Of a stretch of 64,000 bases of DNA, positions 27,661 to 42,300 are shown in pieces. The position numbers and the translations under genes were made by a program. Source of the stretch: Spironucleus salmonicida (taxonomy: Eukaryota). The notes beneath the pieces are model-generated. The model was not told where the DNA came from and ran no database searches. It saw only the letters and a program-made list of their open reading frames with translations. How positions within the stretch are numbered: the first letter of the stretch is position 1; each line of letters opens with the position of its first letter. The stretch spans positions 186,001 to 250,000 of the forward strand of contig NC_090599.1 in the NCBI RefSeq assembly GCF_000497125.1, written 5' to 3'.

Positions 27661-28653
27661 TTAACAGAAAATATTCTAAGTAATTACTTATTATATTATA
27701 TTACTACTTTATTTTTTATTTTGAGATAATTCTTGCTAGTAGGATTTTTATTATATTATAAAACTAAGTTCCATAGTTAAAATTTGTAAAGACTTGAAAT
27801 TTATTTTTTGTTTAGCATAAAATATGTAATTTTCTGCAGTAATTATGCTAATTTATAACTAAAATAAACTATACTTGGTATTATAATGAACAATTACTGC
27901 AAATTATTTTAATTATATATAAAAAATATATATTAGTTAACGATAATTTAGGGTTCAGTTAAATATCAGCAAGATATTTCTAATTTGTGCACTCAACACT
28001 ACTTTCTCTAAAAATTTATACTGAAACTTAATAAGAAATTAATTCTTAAGCTAAAGTTTTTATTGTAACACATATTTCAATAATTATTTTAGTCTTTTAT
28101 TCAAGATTTGTTTTATAATTATACAATCTTTATATCTTAAATTATTTAACATAATTAGGATATTTTACCATCTTGTTTAAATAGATAAAAAATAACCAAA
28201 AGTGAAATGATGAAAAATAGCTAATTTTATTTTTCATTAAACCAGCTAACAAGCGTAAAAATAACTAATGATTTTTACCAATAGTTATTTAAAGCAAAAA
28301 TAAGTAAAAACCACGATTTATTAGCTAAAAGAAGACCATAAAAGGGATGCTCGAAAATAATATATGTGAACAGACATTAAAAAATTATATTTAAAGCAAA
28401 ATTATTTATTGTTAAAATACGAAAATGATCTAGAAGAGAAGCAGAATTGGGTAAGATATAAGACTATAGAGTTACGAAATAGAGTATAATAGGTATATAA
28501 GATTTAAGTTATTCTTTCATTCGGTGGAGATATATGTATAGTGTATAGTAATACTTTTAGAAATAAAGACTATTATGCAATAGTAATTTATATTACATTT
28601 TGTAATATAAATGAATTTATATATAGATTCTTAATAATATTATTTCTTTTCCG

Positions 28654-29934
28654 ATGACACTTTTCCCTGGCTTCTCAGATTAAATAAGTTTATCAGAACA
28701 AATAATAAGTGAATACTATGAACATCTTTAAAATTATATTGATTCCTATTTAACAATTGCTATTCATTTTTGCAATGAAATTTTCACTGAAACTGAAGAA
28801 ATATTTGATTAATCTTGGAAAACTGACGTGGATAATATTTTTAACGATGAATCCATATTCAGCTGTATAATTCACGATCTAAATCCTATTTTTCTATAAT
28901 CACCTTCTTTTAAACTTTTCATCGAACTATCAAAAACCCTAGCATTACCTAACCATAATCATATCACAGAAAACATACAAGTCAATAATATTCCTTCTTT
29001 AAGGTCTAACATACACATCAATAAAGCCTGTTAAGTTGTATAATTCACTGATTTTTTGGAAAAGCATTATGACCTAAAAACGTTTAAAATCATCGATTTT
29101 GGAGCGGGAAAAGGATACCTTTCGACTTTTTTAGCATTTGATCGCTAGTATATCATAATAGCTGCTGAAGCATCCTTTTTACATGCAAAAGCCTTATTTC
29201 AGCGAATTTCGAAACTATCCAAAAATTATCCAAACTAGGATCGTCTCAATATCGCAATTGGTCTGATATCTCCAGAAACAGGTGCATCGGATGTAGTAGC
29301 CGGTGCCTTTCCATGGCGAGACTTCGAGAAATAGCGAATTTCGACTAGCGGCCATGAACCACACTCGCCAATTTAGGGCGAATGCGCCGCTCAATTTCGA
29401 AAGGCCGAGGTTTAGCACGATTGTCTGATTATTGGCCTGCACACCTGCGGGGATCTGGCGCAAATCTGTTTGAACTTGGCAAGCAAGCGCGTCAAAATCG
29501 CAACGATTGGATGTTGCTATGGGCATATCACGTAGAAGTGTTTTCCAGCTACTGAATAAGGTGATCAGATTGTTTAGCATATCTCGAAAAATAGTAAAAA
29601 TAATGGTCGTGGAATGAAAATGTTTGATTATTTTGTTCCAAAGGTGCTGTTTAACTATGCAACCGGCGATTTCGGAATAGACCTAGATGGGTGCAAGCAA
29701 ATGCTTGAAAAATTTATTTTGCGCGCAAAAAGCGATAGGAAAGAGGAGGATTTGGCCAATTAGATTTGGAAGATGAAACTGCATATAATAATCAGATTAG
29801 TTTTTGGCAAGGTTTTCGAGAGTTTTATTATAGTAGACCGATTGGTGGCATTAAGAAAGAGGGGGGTCGAAGCTGGGATATTTGCTATAATAAATTAATT
29901 CAGTCCCCGTGGGTTTGGAATTTGTACGAAATGA
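28654..29934 (+). CDS. METTL25/RRNAD1-like SAM-dependent methyltransferase
   Basis: IIDFGAGKGYLS (motif I), IIGLHTCGDLA, IGCCYGH, FESFIIVDRL, terminal FSPR. Confidence 0.85.
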
Positions 29935-30033
29935 TATAGAATATTATTATATTTACATACTATACTAAATAACATTAATATAAGATTTTATAATTATATA
30001 TAATACTATAAATAAACTTTTCTAGAAATTACT

Positions 30034-30041
30034 TTCCGCAA
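30034..30041 (+). promoter_or_regulatory. Candidate start-proximal element TTCCGCAA (dynein gene)
   Basis: Same 8-mer lies within 0-3 nt of the ATG of three genes (5218-, 30045+, 55245-). Confidence 0.45.
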
Positions 30042-30044
30042 AAT

Positions 30045-33000
30045 ATGTCGTTCAACTTAGAAGAGATTGTTAAAGAAGAAGAGAAGGTTATTTGTAGAGC
30101 CTTGCGTGATTCTAATAATCCCAAGATTGTTAAAGAAGATATGGCTATTTTTACGGGTCTTATTGAAGATTTGTTCCCAGGTGTTCGTATTGACCGTTTG
30201 ATAGACCCAACATTTGAAAAAATGATTGCTGAATCATGCAAAGATCGTGGCCTCTAGCCTGAGTAGTCATTTATGATTAAAGTGGTACAGTTTGAAGAAT
30301 TGTTATAAATTAGACATTCAATCTTTATCCTAGGTTTTGCTGCAGTTGGTAAAACCTCAGTTTGGAAAGTATTAGGTGATACTTATAAGAAATAAGGTAA
30401 AAAATTTGTTCATCATGTTATTAATCCCAAAGCTGTTACTACAAAAGAATTGTATGGTTACATTCAGCCAGCAACAAGAGAGTGGAAGGATGGAATATTA
30501 TCTACTATTATGCGTTCAATGGCAGAGTTGCCTGATACGCCTCAGATGCCAAAATTCTTTGTTTTAGATGGAGATATTGATGCTCTTTGGATTGAGTCAA
30601 TGAACACAGTCATGGATGATAATAAAATTTTAACATTGGCTTCCAATGAGAGAATTCCATTACGTCCTTCTATGCGTATGATATTTGAAATTGGATCATT
30701 AAAGTATGCTTCTCCTGCAACAGTTTCTAGAGCTGGTATCATTTATGTTAATGAGTCAGACGTTGGCTGGCCTTTTTACTTTTAATCTTGGATTGAAAAA
30801 TTAGAAAGTTCATTAGAAAGGTCAACTATTACAGTATTTTAATAGAAGTATGTTTAACCTTGTTTAGAAGAAATTAAGAGAAACTATAAGACTATTGTTC
30901 CTATTAATGATATGACTACGGTTTAAACTATTACTAGATTAATGACCTCCTTGTTAGATGATTATAATAAGAGCCCAGCAGCTAAAGTCAATTTAGCTGC
31001 AAATATGGCTAATTAACAGGCATAACAGTCTGGACAATCTAACTAAATGCCAGATTATTCAAAAGATGTTATAGAATATTTCTTTATATTTGCTGTTGTT
31101 TGGTCTATTGGTGGTGTATTGTTCAAAGATTAACTTAACAATGATTTCAGAAAGAACTTTTCTAAATTTTGGAGACCAGCTTTCCCTAAGGGAATAGTTT
31201 TCCCAGCTCAAGGCGACATATTCGATTATTTTGTTGAAGTTAATGCCGAAACTGGTCAACCAGACTGGAAACTGTGGTCTAGTCAAGTTTCTCCTTATGA
31301 TCACGATGCTGAATAAGCTGTGAATAATATCCACGTAGAAACAATCGATTCGTATAGAATCCACTACATTATGGATAATTTGTTAAGAAATGGTCATCCT
31401 ATTTTGCTAGCAGGACCGGCTGGTTTAGGTAAATCTGTCTTGCTAAAATCTAAGTTGAAGAAGTTAAACGATTAACAGTGGTAATTTGCCACTATTAGTA
31501 TGAATTATTATACTACTTCTGCATAGATATAGATGGTATTAGAAACTTATATAGAAAAGAAGGTTGGTAATAAATTTGCTCCACTTGGAACAAGAAAGTT
31601 AATTTACATGATTGATGATTTAAATATGTCCAAAGTCGATGAATATGGTACTTAGTAACCCATAGCATTGTTAAGGCAACACATAGATTATGGATTTTGG
31701 TATGATAGAGATAAATTAGTTACCAAGGAAGTATCTAGTGTTTAGTTTGTTGCCTCTATGAATCCATACGCTGGTTCTTTTGAAATTGATCCACAATATT
31801 AATGGCATTATTCTCCATTTTCAGTAGATGTTCCCAGTGAAGAAAATTTACTGCAAATATACAGCTCAATCTTAAATGCTCATATGAACCGTGAAGGTGT
31901 TAATTTTAAGAAGGAGTTATAGTAATGTGCTACAGCAACTATTAAGACTTTACTTAAAATACATTCTAAAGTTTCTTAAGAATTCTTGCCAACTTCAATC
32001 AAATTCCACTATCAGTTCAATTTACGTGACTTAACTAATATTGTTGCTGGTATTATGAAGGTCAAACCTGACCATTTTAAAGAAGGTCCAGTAAACTTGG
32101 TATAACTCTTATTGCATGAATGCGAAAGAGTTTATTGCGATAGAATGTGTGAACAAGATGACAAGGAAAAGTACGAAAAGTTAGTTTAGGATTTAGTAAA
32201 GTAAGAACTTAGCACCGTGACTGCTATTGATACAACACGTCCCAAGTCTGCGGCATCTACATAGATTAATATCAATATGGATTAAGTATTTTCTCCTGAG
32301 GCAAATTACTTTTCTAATTTTGCATTAGGTATCGGCGAAGGTAGTTATGCCCCATTATAGAAGTATGATAGAATGAATTAATTGCTTAATGAAGCGTTAC
32401 TATCACATAATGAAAGCAATGCCGAAATGAATTTAGTATTGTTTAAGGATGCTATGCAACATGTTTGTCGAATCTCAAGAATTATCAAGACCTCTGATGC
32501 TTTATTGGTAGGTGTAGGTGGTTCTGGTAAATAATCATTGGCTAGATTAGCTGCTTTTATCAATGAATACGAGGTATTTTCGATTACTATTTCTTCTACC
32601 TATGGTGTTGCTGATTTTAAAGCTGATTTAAGAAAACTTTATCGTAAAGCTGGTGAAAAAGATATACCAACTATGTTTTTGTTCACTGATTAGCAAATTA
32701 CTAACGAAGAATTTTTAGTTTATATTAATGATTTGTTATCATCTGGTTTCATAGCTGGATTATGGCCTGCTGAAGAAGAGGAAGAAGTTATTAATAATAT
32801 GCGGAACAGAGTCAAGGATGCTGGCATTCCTGACACTAAGGAGAATGTTATGTAATTCTTCATTTAAAAAGTTAAGGAGAATTTGCATGTAGTATTAGGG
32901 TTCTCGCCAAACGGTGATGCATTTAGAGTTCGTGCTAGGAAATTCCCTTCTATTGTTAATTGCACAACTATTGACTGGTTTATGCCATGGCCATATGAAG

Positions 33001-36000
33001 CATTAGAGTCTGTTGCTTTCAACTTTATCAAAAATAGAGATAAGACCAAGGAAAAGAAATATGATGATGTTATAGTTGATTTATCTGATGAATAATGCTT
33101 AGCATTAGCTAAATTTATGGCAAAAGCAAATGAATTAGTAAATACATTATCTGAGAAATATAAGAGGTTAGAGAAGAGATATGCGTATACCACACCAAAA
33201 TCATTTTTAGAACTTATTTCTCTTTATCTTAGATAGTTGTATTCTAGAACTCAACAGATTTAGAATTCAATCAATCGTTTAGAAAATGGTAATGCTACTC
33301 TAATTAAAACTGAACAAGATGTTGGAGAATTAAAAACAAGACTTGAAGATTAGAAAGTAGAAGTTAAAATATAATAAGATGCTGTAGCTGCTATGATTGG
33401 TGGTATTACCGCAGAGAGAGAAAAAGTGGGTGCTAAAGCCGCAGATGCTGAAATTGAGAAGTCTAAAACAGCTTTAGTCGAAGCTGATGTTAACAAAGCT
33501 GCTAATGAAGCTAACAAGGAACTTGAGAAAGCCAAACCTATTTAGGAAGAAGCAGAAAGAGCCCTAAACACCCTTAATAAGGATAACTTGACAGAATTAA
33601 AATCTTTCGCTAACCCTTCCTCCGAAGTCGCTAGAGTTATGGAAGCAGTTATTATTATGCTCAACAAACCTGGAGTTGTTCCTCGTGATTTATCCTGGAA
33701 GGCTGCTAAGAGTTTAATGGCAAATGTTGATAAGTTTTTAAAACAATTGTAAGAGTTTGATAAGGAAAATATTAATAATGCTAACAAATAGGCTGTTCTT
33801 AAGTATACTAAAGATGAGAATTTCACAGGAGAATATATTAAAAGCAAGTCAGGTGCTGCTGCAGGTATTTGCGATTGGGTTAGAAATATTATCAAATTCC
33901 ATGATGTATTCCTATTTGTTGAACCGTTGAGATAGAATACAATGGAATTATAAGTATCACTTGATGGTGCTTAGAAACGTTTAAAGCAAGTAGAGACATA
34001 AGTTAATTTGCTGAATGAATCATTGGGTAAATTAGAAGCTGAATTTAAAGCTGCTGAAGATAAGCGTGATGCGGTTCTGAAAGATGCAGATGACATGGAG
34101 AAGAGATTAGAACTAGCTAATAGATTAGTTAATGGTCTTGCTTCTGAGAAAGTCCGTTGGAGATAGTCTGTAGAGAATCTTAAATAAAGAAACAACACAC
34201 TCTTGGGCGATGTTTTGATCATTGCAGCCTTCATCTCATATTCTGGTGCATTTTCTAGAAATTATCGTACCGAAATGATGGATGGATGGATGATTTTGAT
34301 AAAAGAACTTAATATTCCTATTTAAGAGGAGTTTGATCCTTTATCATTACTTACAGACCCTGCGGTAATTGCCTAATGGAATAATGACAAGTTACCAACA
34401 GATCGATTTTCTTTAGAAAATGCTTCGATATTCTCGAATTGTGACCGTTGGCCTTTAATTATTGATCCATAACTTTAAGGTATGGAATGGATTAAGACCA
34501 GAGAAGCCAAAAATAATTTGAAAGTTATTAGATTAAATCAAAAAGATTGGCTTAATGTTGTTAAAGATGCAGTTGAAAATGGTTATCCAGTACTGGTAGA
34601 AAATATCGCTGAAACTATCGATGCCGTTTTAAACCCAATCCTAGGCCGTGAAATTGTAAATAAAGGCAAGGCTAATTAAGCTATCAGGATTGGTGACAAG
34701 GAGATTCCATATCATAACGATTTTAAAATCTTCTTCTAAACCAAATATCCTAATCCTCATTATTCTCCTGAAATTTAGGCCTAAACCACTCTAATCAACT
34801 TTACTGTCACAGAAGAAGGTCTTGAAGACTAATTACTCGCTGATGTCGTTCTAGAAGAAAGACCAGATCTGGAGGAACTCAAGACTAAACTCATGAGAGA
34901 GCAAAATGAATATGCTATCACTCTTTAGTAGCTCGAAAGCGACCTTTTAGAAAGACTTTCAAAAGCAGGAGATAACATTATTGAAGATATAGGCCTCATC
35001 ACAAATCTTGAGAAGACAAAAGCTACGTCCACAGAAATCGCAATTAAAGTGCAAGAAGCGAAGGAAACAGAAGTTAATATCAATAAAGCTCGTGAAGAGT
35101 ATAGACCAGTAGCTTCAAGATCATCAATGTTATATTTCCTCTTAAATTCTTTAGCTGTAATTGATCATTTTTATTAATTTTCACTTTCAGCCTTCAAAGT
35201 AGTATTCTTCAGATCAATTCGCGAATCTGAAAAATCAGAAGAAGTACAATAACGTGTTTTGATTCTTCTAGACTCTATTACTTATGGAATTTACTGTTAT
35301 ACTACAAGAGGTCTTTTCGAACGTCATAAATTAATTTTCAACTCATAGCTTTGTTTCAATATTTTAAGAAAAGCTAATTAATTACCTAATGCAGAATTCT
35401 AATTTTTATTGAGAGGAACATAGGCTGTTGGTCGTGATAATACTCTAGGAGAGTTCATTTCTAACTCGTCATGGGGATGTATTTTAGCTTTAGCATAAAA
35501 TATCCCTGATGTTTTTGCAAAATTACCTGATGATATTGAAGGTTCCGCTAAGCGTTGGAAAGAATGGGTCCAACACGAAACTCCTGAAAAAGAAAAATTA
35601 CCATAGGATTGGAAATCTAAGACGTAGCTATAATAATTATGTATTATTAGGGCGTTGCGTCCTGATAGATTATTGACCTCAATGTCACAGTTCATTGCAA
35701 ATTCTATTGAATCAAAATATATTGAGGCAGTACCTTTCAATTTCCCAGAAACTTTCAAAACATCATCTAAAACAGAACCAATATTCTTTGTATTATCACC
35801 AGGTGTGGATCCTGTCAAGGACGTTGAACTTTTGGGTAAGAAGCTGGGCTTTTCATTCGATAATGGTCTGATTAAGTCAGTCTCTTTAGGTTAAGGATAA
35901 GAAAAGAATGCAGAGAGATTTGTTGAAGAGATGTCCCAAAAAGGCGGATGGGTCTTATTATAAAATATCCATTTAATGAAAAACTGGTAAGTTAGATTAG

Positions 36001-37553
36001 AGAAGTTGATGGACTAGATTTGCTAGCCAACAGCTCACGATAATTTCAGATGCATGATTTCTGCTGAACCGAATCCAAATCCTACTATAGCTGCAGTTTT
36101 GCCTGGTATCGTTTAAATGTGTATTAAGGTTACAAATGAACCCCCTACTGGTATTAAAGCCAATATGAATAGAGCTATCGCACTATTTAATAATGATGTA
36201 TTCGAATCTTGTTCGAAAGCCAATGAATTCAAATCTATATTATTCTCATTGACGTTCTTCCATGCTATTTTGTTAGAAAGACGTAAATTTGGTTCAATTG
36301 GATGGAATACACCTTATAATTTCACGAATGGTGATTTGACCATTTGTAAAGATGTTCTATTTAATTACCTAGAGGCAAATGTCAAAGTTCCGTGGGATGA
36401 CCTTAAGTATATGTTTACTGATATCTTTTATGGTGGGCATATTGGAGATAATTTAGATCGCAGATTTATCAAGGCATATGCCAACGAGATTTTCTCAGAC
36501 GCTCTTTTCGAGGATGGCAAGGCTCTTGCTCCTGATTTCTTCGCACCTCCTCCTATGACTTTTGATGGATATAAGTAATATTTTAATGAAACGTTACCAC
36601 CTGATAATCCAAAAATGTTTGGTTTACATCCTAATGCTGAAATCACTTATTTAACTTCTTAATCTAACACTTTATTTGCTATGCTTATGTAAATGCAGCC
36701 TTCAGATGCAGCCGCTGTTGGTGAGGGTGGTGAGGAAAAAGATTTCAAGGATAGAATCGAGGAATTAATCTAATTAATCCCAGAATAATATAATGTTGGT
36801 GATTTGATGGAGCGTAATCCAGATGCTTTGCCATACAATTCAGTTTGTATTTAAGAATGTGCTCGTATGAATGCGTTAACTAATCAAATGAAATTGACCC
36901 TTACAGACGTAAAATTAGGTCTTAATGGTGAACTGACAATTTCTGAGTAGATGGAAAAGATTATTGATGCTGTTCGTTTAGAAATAGTACCAACTATTTG
37001 GAATAAGGTTTCTTATCCTTCATTGAAAGGGCTAGCCCCATGGCTTAAAGATTTAGAACATAGAGCAAAATAGTTATCTGATTGGTCTGCGGAATTAGGT
37101 TTACCTAAATGCGTATGGCTTTCGGGATTATTTAACCCTTAATCTTTCTTACGTTCTGTAATGTAGACTACTGCACGTGTGAATTAGTGGCCTTTAGATA
37201 TGATGGACTTAAATGTAGAAATTACAAAGAAAGAATTATCTGATATTACTGCTGCTCCTAGAGAAGGTGCATATATCACTGGTCTATTCATGGAAGGAGC
37301 CCGTTGGGATAAAAAATCCTCATCCATTAGAGATGCTATTCTTAAAGATCTATATCCTTAATTGCCTCCTATTTACTTAAAAGCTGTCACGAACGACAAA
37401 ATTGAAATTAAAGACACTTATGAATGCCCAACCTATATGACAAAACAAAGAAACGGCTTAACGTACGTTTGGAGCTTTAATGTTAAGACTAGGGAGCCTT
37501 CATCAAAATGGATTTTGGCTGGTGTTGCTATGCTTTTGGCTAACGATGTTTGA
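30045..37553 (+). CDS. Outer-arm dynein beta-type heavy chain, C-terminal part only (AAA1 lid, AAA2-4, stalk/MTBD, AAA5-6, C-terminus; ~2502 aa)
   Basis: [31 protein letters not shown]2 [41 protein letters not shown]3 [11 protein letters not shown]4 GVGGSGKQSL. Terminal [26 protein letters not shown] is typical of the DNAH9/11/17 class. Confidence 0.95.
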
Positions 37554-37749
37554 CATGATTCAAATTTTATTATTATATTTTTATAATATAGAAGTATTAG
37601 ATTTATCTATCTAATTTCTTATATTTTGAGATTCTTCCAATTCAATTTAGATAATATTTTATCCTATTGTTAAATTTATAAGAATAAACTATTTTATATT
37701 ATTTTTCAATTATAAGATATTATAATCAGTTATTAATATTTTATTGAAA

Positions 37750-39297
<1,548 letters not shown>

Positions 39298-39348
39298 TTT
39301 TCCTATAGATTATTTATATACTAATCCTAATTATTTTCATTCCTTAAT

Positions 39349-42300
39349 ATGGAGGACTTACAAGTTAACTTATTTTAGCTTTTTTAAGCATATCCTCAGT
39401 ATAATGAGGATCATATACTTGAACATACTATTGTAATTATTTAGAATTAAAACGAAGATATTGCATGCTCTGAATTAATTGATTTGTTAGGGTTCGATAT
39501 TCTAGACAATGGTTTGCTAGAGTAATTAATAATTTACCGATAATAGTTCATATAATCTTCTAAAGCATAAGTTTAAAAACCAGTTTAGTAAACGCCTGAA
39601 GTGTTGCCTCTTATCTAAAATCAACCACATACTACCTAAAAGTAGTTATACCGAACTGGAAAATATTTTGACTTTGCGTTCATTGATTCTAAGAGTAAGA
39701 TAAGTTTGTAAGTTGAAAGGAAGCCAATAACACTATTACCAAAAATATTTCAGTAGGTATTTGATTTTGAATTTTTTAATGACTTGCAATCAGCACTTTT
39801 TACTACGGCTTATACGAAAACAGAAAATATTTTAGTATCTGCACCAACATCATCCGGTAAAACAAATGTTGCAGTACTGTGCATAATGTAGATGCTTAGT
39901 TAAATAATGAGTCAATATAATATTGATTTGAATAATTGCGTTGCTGAAGATATTAAAAGAGTATTAAAAGAAACATAGGGACTTTGTGTTTATTTAACAC
40001 CTTTGAAAGCTTTAGCAAGCGAAATTACTTAAAAATTTAAAGGGTAGTTGAATAAATTAGGATTTTAAGTTTTAGAATGTACTGGAGATGAAAATCCACC
40101 AGTAGAGCTTATCAATTAGGCAAATATTTTAATTTTAACCCCAGAAAAATTTGATGTCATTACAAGAAAATAAGTAAATAGTAGTATATTTTCAAGATAA
40201 AAACTTCTAATTATAGACGAAATTCACTTGATTGGTGTATCTGGTCGTGGAAATGTGCTTGAAAGTATTGTATGTAGAACAAAGCTAGCTATTGAATAAT
40301 TATAATCACCACTGAGATTTGTAGGAATTTCAGCTACTATACCTAATTACAAAGATATAGCATAATTTTTAGAATGTGAATTATCAGGTACATATGTGTT
40401 TGATGATTCTTATAGGCCAGTACCAATGACATAATTTGTTTTTGGAATAAAGGAAAAGCCATCAAGTAATGTTCAATCAGATTTAGATATTTAACATTTT
40501 GCTAAAACTAATTCACACTTAAAATAAATTTTAGAATAAGTAGGGACAGTAGAGGAGTTTTATTAAGATGAAATGGCACTGAAATAAAAATTACTCAATC
40601 TAGATAAAAAAGAAGATAATAAAAAGAAGAAATAATAACAATAATTATCAGTAAAATATGATGATATGTTAGATGAGCTCTGTACTTAAATCTCTGTTTA
40701 AAATAATGAATAACTACAATCTACTATGATTTTTGTTCATTCAAGGAGAAAGGCAGTTGAATTAGCAAAAATTATAGCATCAAAAATGCCTTAGTGCGAT
40801 TTTAATAAAAATATTATTAAATAAGCTTAAGGATGTGAAAAAGGAGATTTATCTTTCTGTATGTCACGTGGTGTTGGATTTCATCATTCTTAAATTGATA
40901 AATCTCATAAACGATTAGTAGAAGATTCTTATAGATAAGGAGAATTAACGATAGTAGTATGCACAGCTACATTAGCATGGGGTGTCAATTTACCTGCCTA
41001 GACGGTTGTTATCAGAGGAACTGATATATTTTCAGAATTTGGTCAAAAGGATTTGGATATTTTAGATGTGAAGTAAATATTTGGTCGGGCAGGACGACCT
41101 CAATTTACTGGTGAAGATGGTAAAGGTAGAGGTATTATATTAACAAAATTTGAAAAAATACCATAATATATGAGATGGTTAGCTAATGACACTCCTATTG
41201 GGTCATAAGTTGGATCTAGGCTACCTGATATTCTTAATGCTGAAATAGTATTGGGTAATATTAGCACAGTAGGTTAGGCATATTAATTTATTCGAAAATC
41301 CTTTTATGCTATCAAATAAATAAATTATCAAGATATGATACTAGTATCGTTGTAATAATTATATACAAATTAGTTATTATTTTCGAGCTAAAAAATTGTG
41401 AATGATCCAAATTAAGTATTAATTCCTACAGAATTAGGTAAAATTTGCTCATATTATTATGTTTATTTTGATACGTTAACACATTTCATTAAAGAGATTC
41501 AAAAACTTCCAATAGGATCTTCAGTCGGGTATGATGAATTATTCCACCTTCTAAGTAGTATTCCAGAATTTTAGTCTTTAAAACCGAGAAGTGAAGAAAG
41601 AGAGGAACTAATGCAAATTTCAGGTCAGTTCTTAGATTAAGCAACAGAATAAGTATCAAAATTATAATCTAAAGGCATAAATAATAAGTAAATCAATTAA
41701 TATCTAAAATAAGGGTTAGGAAAAGCTAAGTACTCAATGGTACCAATATTAGCACAAGATGATTAACCAGAGTTCAAAGTTAATTGCCTTATTCAAGCTT
41801 TCATTAGCTAATATATACCTAAAAATTAATCACTTATATCCGATTAAAGACTTGTTATTTAATCTTTGCCTAGAGTAGCTTAAGCATTCTTAGAGTCTCT
41901 ATTTAGTATGAAGCGCTAAAATGAAGCTCTAAAGATGAATGATATTGTAAACTCATTATTATATTAGTCATGGTATTTTACATCATCCCCGTTTTTCCCT
42001 TTGATTTTTAATGTAGTTGGATCTGTTTCTCCAGGGTCAAAAGGGTTCTAAAGTAGCATGAACATTATTTAAAAACGTGGCGTTAACGATATAATATAAC
42101 TTTCAACTATTTAAAACTTTCATAAATTATATCCAGTTACAAATTTTGTTGATTACTCTATGCTGGAGTAACTTACCTATAATGACATAGTAGATAGGCT
42201 AGGTGATTACTAAGCCAATACTATTATTAAAGCAATAAAAATGATACCATAAGTATAGCTTGATGCTGTTGTAATACCAATTTCGAAAAAATTATTACGG

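Noticed and set aside
29931-30044. In-frame upstream extension of the dynein ORF from an ATG overlapping the methyltransferase stop, or a splice acceptor at TTTTCTAG (~30018-30025)
   Set aside because: The extension is AT-rich with no dynein similarity, and no ACTAAC-type branch point precedes the AG. Not fully excluded without cDNA.
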